Assembly (NCBI GenBank): GCA_963845185.1
Contig: CAWJRG010000005.1
Span: 256,001 to 320,000 of the forward strand
DNA length: 64,000 nt
DNA from: an uncultured bacterium
GTDB lineage: Bacteria; Oederibacteriota; PGYV01; CAWJRG01
Direction of reading: 5' to 3'
Shown piece by piece: positions 36,924 to 47,200 of the stretch. Made by a program: the position numbers and the translations under genes. The notes beneath the pieces were generated by a model. The model searched no databases and had not been told where the DNA came from. It saw only the letters and a list, made by a program, of their open reading frames with translations. Each line of letters opens with the position of its first letter. The first letter of the stretch is position 1.

Positions 36924-39900
36924 TTACTGCCCCATTTTAATTATTGCTGATAATTTAACTATTTTACGCTCTTTATTGCCTGTATTATCCACGCCTTCCA
37001 CCACGCATATATATGTCCCGCTTGATACTGTCTGGCCGCCTACGCTTTTTAAATCCCAGTTTATGCTGGCAGCGCCAAGGTCGCCGACAAGCGTCCTTAC
37101 AAGCTCGCCTGCTATGTTGTAAATCTTTATTTTTATTGTGCCGTTTGCGCTTGGCTGCCATGTGAATTTCAACGGTGTTGTCGTGTCTCCTGTGTACGGG
37201 TTCGGCAGCGGCTTTACGGTCCCAAGTACGCCGGCGCTTCCTTCGTTTAATATTGTAATTGACTTGCTTATCTTTGAGTTTACGCCCTGGCTTGTCTTTA
37301 CTATAATCTGCACCTCATATACCCCGCTCTGCAGGTAATCTCCCTGCGAATTTTTTCCGTCCCATGTCAAAGGCGGATTTGACGAAGTGTAACTGATTGT
37401 TATAGGCGGCGCTCCCTTGCCCACAGGGAATACGTCATTGCTGCCGTTACTATTGCTTAAGTTAAGCGAAACCTGGCCGCTGCCGCTATATGGCGCCCTT
37501 ATTGTCTGCACAAGTTCTCCAGCGCTGTTGAAGATATTCACCTGCACGTACTGGTCTTCATTAATCGCAGTTATCTGCTTTGTTATTATTTCCGAATGGC
37601 CGTACTGGTCCGTTGTAGTTTCCTTTATATAATACACCCCGTCCGCCACGTTCTGGCCCGCGCTGTTTGTCCCGTCCCACGTGAAATCAGAGTAAGTGTT
37701 TTTCTGCTGGTCAGGCGTTTGTATGCCGGGCACCCTTATTGTCAGCGCTGTCCCTGAGCCGGGCGACACCACTCCTGTCTGGCTGCCGTTCAGCAGCAGC
37801 TGTACCTGCTGCGCCTCCTGCGATGTAGTGGTATTTGCTATCGTTTTCACCAGCTCGCCTGCCTCGTTATACACGCTTATGTTCATTATGTACGGGAACG
37901 GTACAGGCGTTATAGTTATTGTGGGCGATTGGGTGAAAGTTACCGTGAATGTTATTGACGGCGTCATGGTGCATGTCTCGGAAAATGTTACTGTAAGTGT
38001 ATTTGTGTATGAGGCGGTTACGGTATATGTCGAAGTCGCGGACGCAGAAGCAGTCGAGGTCAGTGTGCGCGTCAGCGTGTATGTGGAGCTCGGCGTGTCT
38101 GTAACGGTATATGTGCGCGTATCCGTGACAGTATATGTCGGCGACAGTGTATTTGTCACTGACGGCGTTGCTGTCAATGTCATTGTATCCGTCAATGTGG
38201 GAGTATAAGTGATTGTGTCTGAAGGCGTGGCTGTATCAGTGATTGTGCGCGTCGCTGTTAATGTCATTGTATCAGTGAGCGTAGGTGTATAGGTGTAAGT
38301 ACAGGTGGGCGACAGCGTGTTTGTCACCGTAGGTGTGGCTGTGAACGTGCTCGTTTCGGTAAATGTCGCCGTATCTGTGCGTGTATACGTCACTGTCAGC
38401 GTGTCGGTCTGTGTCGCTGTTATTGTACCTGTATCTGACGGCGTTATCGTGTTTGACGCTGTGGGTGTGTCCGTAAAAGTGCTGGTCTGCGTGAATGTTG
38501 GCGTAAATGTGGCTGTATCTGTAGGCGACAATGTATTTGTGACGGTCGGTGTATTTGTAAATGTGCTCGTTGCCGTGAAGGTGGATGTATCCGTCTTGGT
38601 ATTTGTTAGTGTGCTGGTTTGGGTAAATGTCGAAGTGAATGTCGGTATAAAAGGCGTGCCCGTCACTGTAGCCGTATCTGTCTGTGTAAATGTCAAAGTC
38701 ACTGTCGGTGTGTTTGTCGGGGTGCCCGTTGGTGTGGCCGTAGGAGAGGCCGTCGCTGTGGACGTATAGGTTTTAGTAAGCGTTGCTGTGTATGTGGGCG
38801 TCCACGTGGGCGTATTTGTCGGTGTATCCGTAAGCGTAGGGTTTGGCACTGTATTTGTCAGCGTCGGCGTTGATGTGACTGTGTACGTGTACGTAGGCGT
38901 TTGTGTGCTTGTATAAGTATCGGTCACCGTGTACGTGCTTGTCGGCGTAGGCGAGTTTGTATATGTCGGCGTTGCCGTATATATCGGCGTATTGGTGGCT
39001 GATTTTATTATCTGCGTGAATGTCATTGTTATCGTGTATGTCGGCGTTATTGTGCTTGTCGCCGTCTGCGTCACCGTGAATGTATTTGTATTTGTGGATG
39101 TATATGTCACTGTCTGTGTATACGTGGGCGTCGGCGACGCTGTAACTGTATATGTAGGCGTTGCAGTCGGCGTGGATGTTTTTGTGTCCGTATTTGTCAC
39201 CGTGTTTGTGTCGGTTAATGTCGGCGTTATCGTATATGTCGGAGTATCGGTGGCAGATTTTATTATCTGCGTGAATGTCATTGTTATCGTGTATGTCGGC
39301 GTTATTGTGCTTGTCGCTGTCTGCGTCACCGTCATCGTGTCGGTAAATGTGAATGTATATGTAACTGTCTGTGTATACGTGGGCGTCGGCGATGCTGTAA
39401 CTGTATATGTAGGTGTTGCAGTCGGCGTGGATGTTTTTGTGTCCGTATTTGTCACCGTGTTTGTGTCGGTTAATGTCGGCGTTATCGTATATGTCGGAGT
39501 ATCGGTGGCAGATTTTATTATCTGCGTGAATGTCATTGTTATTGTGTATGTCGGCGTTATCGTGTTTGTCGCTGTCTGCGTCACCGTCATCGTGTCGGTA
39601 AATGTGAATGTATATGTAACTGTCTGTGTATATGTAGGCGTCGGCGTCGCTGTAACTGTATATGTAGGCGTCGATGTCGGCGTGTCCGTCAGCGTGAATG
39701 TCGGCGTTATTGTCTTTGTGAATGTTGCGGATACTGTATTTGTCAGTGTTGAAGTGTAAGTCGTCGTTGCCGTGATTGTATCGGTAAATGTGAATGTATA
39801 CGTCACCGTCTGGGTATATGTGGGCGTAGGCGATGCTGTAATTGTAAACGTCGGCGTATTTGTAGGAGTGGATGTTTTTGTGTCCGTATTTGTCACTGTA

Positions 39901-42900
39901 TAAGTATCGGTTATTGTCGGTGTTATCGTGTATGTCGGTGTAAATGTTGCTGATAAAGTCACCGGAGTGTACGACATTGTTATTGTATATGTCGGTGTTA
40001 TTGTATCTGTATATGTAGCTGTTACTGTCCTCGTGGCAGTGTATGTGAATGTATAAGTCACTGTCTGCGTGTATGTCGGTGTCGGCGATGCTGTAACTGT
40101 ATATGTCGGTGTCGTAGTAGGTGTGTCAGTCAGCGTAAATGTCGGCGTATACGTCTTTGTAAAAGTCACGGACACTGTAATTGTCACTGTTGAAGTATAA
40201 GTCGGCGTCGCTGTCACTGTAAGTATCTGTTTTTGTGTATGTGTATGTTGGCGAAGGCGTGTCTGTCAGCGTTATCGTAGGCGTATTCGTGAGCGTCGGC
40301 GGGTTTTGCGGCGTATTTGTCGCTGTCGTAGTGTTCGTAAATGTATATGTCACTGTCATCGTGTACGTATCTGTCGGCGACAGGGTGTTTGTGTATGTCG
40401 GCGAGCTGGTAGGCGTTGCTGACTGCGTGTCTGTTAATGTAATTGTCAGTGTTATTGTGTACGTTGGTGTAAATGTAGCTGATATTATAAACGGCGTGAA
40501 TGTAAGCGTTATTGTATATGTCGGCGTTGTTGTTTTTGTAGGCGTTGCCGTATTTGTGCTTGTATATGTCACTGTCTGCGTATACGTGGGCGTTGGCGAT
40601 TGCGTGTTTGTGTAAGTGGAGGTTGCCGTAGACGTCGGCGTGTTCGTGCGCGTCACGGTAATGGTTGGTGTTATTGTATATGACGGCGTAAATGTGGCTG
40701 ACAAAGTTATCGGAGTGTATGACATTGTTATAGTATATGTCGGCGTCTGTGACCTTGTCGGCGTAGCAGTGAATGTGAACGTATATGTCACTGTCTGGGT
40801 GTACGTAGGCGTTGGCGATGCCGTGATTGTATATGTCGGCGTCGCTGTCGGCGTGTCTGTCAGCGTGTATGTAAATGTTATTGTCCTGGTAAATGTCATT
40901 GACACAGTATTTGTCAGGGTCGGGGTATCAGTCCGCGTTGCCGTGGATGTGTCCGTATTTGTATATGTATATGTCACTGTTTGCGTGTATGTAGGCGTCG
41001 GCGATGCCGTATTTGTGTATGTCGGCGTTGCTGTCGGCGTGTCCGTCAGCGTATATGTGGACGTTATTGTCTTAGTGAATGTCACTGATACTGTATTTGT
41101 CTGGGTCGGAGTATCAGTCTCCGTAGAAGTCTTTGTGGCAGTAAATGTATATGTATATGTCACTGTCTGGGTGTATGTTGGTGTCGGCGATGCTGTGTTT
41201 GTGTTCGTCGGCGTTACAGTCGGCGTGTCGGTCAGCGTGTATGTAGGCGTTATTGTCCTGGTAAATGTAACAGTAACCGTGTTTGTCACAGTTGGAGTAT
41301 CAGTCAGCGTAGAAGTCCTTGTTGCAGTATTTGTGAATGTGTATGTCTGCGTCTGCGTGTATGTAGGTGTCATGGTGCGTGTGGCAGTGTATGTCGGCGT
41401 CCGCGTATATGTGTAAGTCGGCGTGAATGTAGGCGTCTGCGCCGCGCACTGGTCCTGCAAAAGTACCGTTGATACAACCGAGGGTACTCCATTAAAAGCC
41501 ACTGAAGCGTTATTATGCCAGTTGCATGTGTTATTTGACTGCGCGTTTCCTATAAACATCTGGAATGTAAAGCATCCTGAAAATCCCGTAGGTGTCGGCA
41601 CAAATATAAATTGAGTCCATCCGGCACTCGGAGTCCCGACATTGGCAGTTACGGAATATAATCCCGGCCCAGCCGGGCTGGTGTAATAAGGGTTCATATA
41701 TTGCCACTGGTCAGCAGAACCGCTCGACCAGTCGTCATAAACAGTAAAATTCTGCGTCACAGCGCCGCTGTTGTTGCATATTACCAGGTTAAATGTAAGC
41801 TGGTCGGTGTGGACGATGTTAGTCGTTTTACTGGATGTTTTTACCAGCGTAAATGCCGGCGTGGATGTCGGTGAAACCGTAGGTGTAGGCGACGTGCACA
41901 GCACGTTGAATACTGTCTGGTTTGAAAATACCGCTGCAGGGCTTCCTGCGCCTGAACCTGCAATACCTGCGACATTTGTAAAACTCTGGTTGCACGCATT
42001 TGTCGTGGCCCACCAAGTGTATGAACCGCTCTGGTCGCTTATATTACCAAGGCTCCACTCTACCATGGGGCTTGTGGTGCCTGCGCCGGGATTTGACCCT
42101 GAGTATGTCAACCCTGTAGGTACCGTATCATACAATGTAGTATTTGCCGATACCCTCACGTTGTATGTCAGGAAATTATTATATGAGTCCTGCGTTGTGC
42201 CGTCCTGGTCGTTTCCCTGCTCGGCTATGCCCGGCCTCCAGTCAGAGTTGGTGCCGCCATGGTCAGGGCATTCCCAGTTCGGGTCTGTGCTTGATGCGCT
42301 GCTGTCTGTATAGGTTAGCTGGTATCCGGTAGGCTCTGCCTGTCCCACCTGCCATACCTTTGCCTGGAAAGTAAATCCGTTTCCGCTTATAAGTATTTTT
42401 ACCCTGTACCATGTATTGCCTGTTATCACAAGTGTTGCAGGGTCAACAAAAGCAGGCCATGAGCAGGCTCCGCCGCCGCATTTTTGTATGCCAACATACC
42501 CGCCCGCAGGCGCAGTATCTATTGACAAAAGCAAAGAGTACGCGTAACCCGCGGCCCCATTCAGGCCGTTGCTTCGGATTATTATAAGAGCGTCCGCGCC
42601 TACGTAAGCGCCAGGATTAATCATAACATCGGATTCTATGATTCCGGAATCGCACATCTGCACATTCGCAGGCGTCGGGTCGTCCAGAAGTAGGTCAGGA
42701 TACACTTTGGCTCCGGTCACGCTTGCTGTTACTATCCTGTCGCCTGTATTGCACGCGTCGCTTATTGTCCATGTGCCATACTGGCCGCTACCGTTGCCGT
42801 CAGGCTGAGCTTTCCAGCCAGGCGGCGTTGAGCCCGGAGGATTATATGCCTGGTTTGGATTGTCGTCAAACATCCTTATTGCCTTTAACACATCCCCGTT

Positions 42901-43950
42901 TATCTGGTAATTAAGATAATATGTTATTGCCACTGTGGCGCTCGGCAGTTTCATAAATGTATTAACGCTTTGTGATTTCTCCAACGACAGGGCAACTGTG
43001 CCCACTGTAAGGGATGTCGTGGATGAGCTGTTGCTTGAGCCGTTTGTGCCTGTGGCTGTATTGTTTATCACTGTGCCTGTCGCTATCGCGCACGTCATCT
43101 GCAAAAGTATCCATACTGTCCCGCTTTTGGTATAAGTCGTGCTCGGCAAAGTCCATGATACCGTGCCTGACGTTGCGCCTATAGCTGGCGCTGATACGCT
43201 GCCTCCTGAGGGCGCCGGGTTCGGGCCGTAATCAACAAGCGCCAGGCAGCTGTTCGGAATCGGGTCGGTTATTACCGCAGAGCCGTCGCCGTATGTGTAA
43301 TCAACTTCATAAAGAACCTTATCCCCGACAAGCGCCAGCGTGCCCTCAACCCTCTTATGCACGCTTACTGCGGGTGTCGACGGCGCTGGCAATGGCCAGC
43401 TTAAAGCCTTGTAGCAGGACGCTGACAGCGCGCCCCAGTCGCTTGAGCCCATATTATTGTTTCTGCCGCCCACAAGCAGGTTTAATGTTGTCGCCCCGCA
43501 GCCCGCAGCTCCCATGTCCGTTGCGTTCGGCATTGTCAGAGTATATTGCGCATTTTCCTGCATGCCTGTGCCGCCCGAACATTCAGTGCAATTCGGCATA
43601 AAATTGCCTGGTTGCGGAATAACTACTCCTATATCTCCAGTGCTCGGGTTTGCAGTATGGACATCAACTCCTGCCACGCTCACCAAAAATATCTGTCCGC
43701 CTGTATTTGCCACACGTACTGTATTTTGTGTGCTTACGGCTATGGCATAATCAAAACTGTTATACTGGTCCACGCAATATGAAATAGTAACGTCGAATTG
43801 CTGTCCCCAGCCGGGATTTGTTGGATTCATGCTTACGGAAATTATTCCGTCTGCTTGTATTAAGGAAGGTATTATTAGGAATGATAATATGATAAGGCAT
43901 AAACTGGTGTTTTTAACTGCTTTAGGCGTCTTGTTCAAGATCGTTTTCAT
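36924..43950 (-). pseudogene. Giant Thr-x-Thr surface protein, subtype B, split by a frameshift near 40222 (ORFs 40126..43950 and 36924..40217)
   Basis: The two halves match the N- and C-terminal halves of intact 55776..62831. Restoring 2 nt gives one 2342-aa ORF. May be a sequencing error. Confidence 0.8.
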
Positions 43951-43990
43951 ATTTCATCGCCGCCTTTCAAATCCTTTCTTTTCTATACTA

Positions 43991-44018
43991 TTAGACAATA
44001 TTAAATAGAAAAAGTTTC
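43991..44018 (-). promoter_or_regulatory. ECF sigma-type promoter GAAACTT-N14-TGTCTAA
   Basis: 41 nt upstream of ATG 43950. Confidence 0.75.
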
Positions 44019-44075
44019 GCAAAAAACAGGCAATTCGTTTTATCTTGCGAAATTATTTCTTTTTACCCATATATA

Positions 44076-44104
44076 ATTATACAAAATAAAATACTTTGCG
44101 TCAA
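44076..44104 (-). promoter_or_regulatory. sigma70 promoter TTGACG-N17-TATAAT
   Basis: Near consensus; the same boxes occur at 62963-62991 before the paralog. Confidence 0.7.
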
Positions 44105-44188
44105 GTTTTTATGTATATAAAATGATATTATTATTCGCAGAATTTAACAAGCCAACCATTAACTTATATTGATTCATTCTATATAAAC

Positions 44189-44216
44189 AAAAAGGCGGGA
44201 TTTTGGCCCGCCTTTT
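44189..44216. terminator. Intrinsic terminator
   Basis: AAAAAGGCGGG-attttgg-CCCGCCTTTT after 44270..49927. Confidence 0.8.
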
Positions 44217-44269
44217 CTATATTATAATGCTTGACTATATTTATATTTACTCTTGCTGTTTAATTATCT

Positions 44270-47200
44270 TCATTGCCCCGACTGAATTATTGCGGACAAT
44301 TTAACTATCTTCCTCGTTTTGTTTCCTATAGTATCCACGCCTTCAACCACGCATATATATGTCCCGCTTGATACTGTCTGCCCGCCCACGCTTTTCAAAT
44401 CCCAGTTTATACTGGCCGCACCCAGGTCTCCAACAAGCGTCCTTACAAGCTCCCCTGCGATGTTGTAAATCTTTATTTTTATCGCGCCGTTTGCACTTGG
44501 CTGCCATGTGAATATCAACGGCGTTGACGTGTCTCCAATGTACGGGTTCGGCAGGGACTTTATGGTCCCGAGCACGTCTGTGTTTCCTTCATTCAGTAAC
44601 GTTATTGACTTGCTCGCCTTTATGCTTATGCCCTGGTTTGTCTTTACCACAAGCTGTACCTCGTATACCCCGCTCTGCAGGTAATTTCCCTGCGCGTTCT
44701 TCCCGTCCCATGGCACATTCAATCCTGTTGTTGTATAGCCTATAACTATCGCCGGCGCTCCCTTGCCGATGCCGAATACATAATTATTGCTGCCTGTGCT
44801 GTTGCTGATGCTCAGCGATACCTGGCCGCTGCCGTTATACGGGGCTGTTATTGTCTGCACAAGCTCTCCCGCGCTGTTGAATATATTCACCTGCACGTAC
44901 TGGTCTTCGTTAATCGCGGTTATCTGCTTTGTTATTATATCTGAATGCCCGTACGGGTCTGTTGTCGTTTCTTTGATGTAATATGTCCCGTTTGTTACAT
45001 CCTGGCCAGCGCTGTTTGTCCCGTCCCATGTAAAGCTCGCGTACCCGTTTTTCTGCTGGTCAGGTGTCTCCAGGCCCGGCACCTTTATTGTCAGTGGTGT
45101 CCCTGAACCGGGCGCCACCACTGTTGCCTGGTTGCCGTTTAATAGCAGCTGCACCTGCTGCGCCTCCTGCGATGTCGTAGTGCTTACTATTGTTTTTACC
45201 AACTCTCCTGCCTCGTTATACACGCTTATGTTCATCACATACGGGAACGGCACTGGCGTTATCGTTATTGTCACCGTCTGCGTGTTTGTGGATGTGTATG
45301 TTATTGTCGCGCTTAGCGTGTTTGTCGCCGTGTTTGTTGTAGTCAATGTTCTTGTGTTTGTCCACGTCATTGTTGCTGTTATTGTGTCCGTGTATGTGTA
45401 TGTCTGCGTAAGTGTGCTGGTATATGTCGGTGTCGACGTTGACGTGTATGTAGGAGTATCCACCGGCGTATCTGTGTATGTCGATGTCAATGTGTATGTG
45501 TATGTCAGTGTAAGCGTGCTGCTTGAAGTAATGCTTACAGTAGGCGTGAACGTAGGCGTGTCTGTCGGCGTATTTGTGTATGTCGATGTATCTGTCGGCG
45601 TGCTGCTAGGTGTCGGGCTTACAGTCGGCGTATCCGTCGGCGTATCCACCGGAGAATTTGTATATGTCGGTGTTGCCGTATCTGTCGCTGTGGCTGTCGG
45701 CGTAGCTGTATATGTATATGTGGGTGTGCCCGTATCAGTTTCTGTACTTGTATAAGTGTATGTCGGCGTATCTGACGGGGTATCAGTTTGCGTATATGTC
45801 AGGGTCGTTGTTTTTGTCACAGTATATGTCGGCGTGAACGTCGCAGACAATATCACCACCGTAAATGTCATTGTTATAGTGCATGTCGGCGTATCTGTAT
45901 TTGTATATGAAGGCGTCGCCGTGCTTGTGTCCGTCACTGTCTGCGTATATGTGAATGTCGGCGAAGTTGTGTTTGTGTACGTGGGCGTTGCTGTCGGAGT
46001 ATCTGTCTGCGTGTCTGTCACAGTTATTGTCCTTGTTGCTGTGTATGTTGGCGTATATGTGGCGGACAGTATTACAACCGTGAATGTCATTGTTATAGTG
46101 TATGTCGGCGATACCGTATCCGTATATGTCCCTGTCGCCGTACTTGTGTCTGTCACTGTTTGCGTGTATGTAGGCGTCGGCGATGTCGTGTTTGTATATG
46201 TCGGCGTTGCTGTCGGCGTGTCTGTCTGCGTGTCTGTCACGGTTATTGTCCTCGTTGCCGTGTATGTCGGCGTAAATGTCGCGGACAGTATCACCACCGT
46301 GAATGTCATTGTTATCGTGTATGTAGGCGTTACTGTATTTGTATATGACGCCGTGTTCGTGCTTGTGTATGTCACCGTCTGAGTGTATGTGGGCGTCGGC
46401 GATGTGGTGTTTGTATATGTAGGCGTCGACGTCGGCGTATATGTCTGAGTATCTGTCACTGTTATTGTTTTCGTTACCGTATATGTTGGAGTAATTGTCG
46501 CGGACACTATCACAACCGTGAATGTCATTGTTATTGTGTATGTCGGCGTCACCGTATCCGTTGGTGTAGGCGTCGCTGTGCTTGTGTACGTCACTGTCCG
46601 GGTATATGTGGGCGTCGGTGATGCCGTGTTTGTATATGTCGGCGTGGGCGTGGGCGTGTCAGTCAGCGTAAATGTAGGCGTATATGTCCTGGTAAACGTT
46701 ACTGACACTGTGATTGTCATAGTTGGAGAAGGCGACGGCGTCACCGTCATTGTATCGGTAAAAGTATAAGTATATGTCACTGTTTGCGTGTATGTTGGCG
46801 TCGGCGATGCGGTGTTTGTGTATGTCGGCGTATTTGTCGGCGTATATGTTTTTGTATCCGTCACTGTCACCGTGTAAGTCGGGGTTGACGTTTGCGTTAT
46901 CGTAAACGTCGGAGTATATGTCGCGGACAGTATCACGACAGTGAATGTCATTGTTATCGTGTATGTCGGGGTTACTGTATTTGTCACTGTCGGTGTATAC
47001 GTCTTTGTGGCAGTGTACGTGAATGTATATGTCACTGTCTGCGTGTATGTTGGTGTAGGCGATTGCGTGTTTGTATATGTTGGTGTCGCCGTAGGTGTGT
47101 ACGTCCGGGTAAATGTCGGTGTCTGCGTATATGTATATGTAGGTGACAGCGTGTTTGTGAACGTCGACGTAGGTGTTGGCGTGGCGGTCTGCGTGTATGT

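Noticed and set aside
39000..39700. Regularly spaced near-identical DNA repeats that could suggest a CRISPR array
   Set aside because: They are in-frame 255-bp coding repeats without unique spacers, and no cas genes are present.
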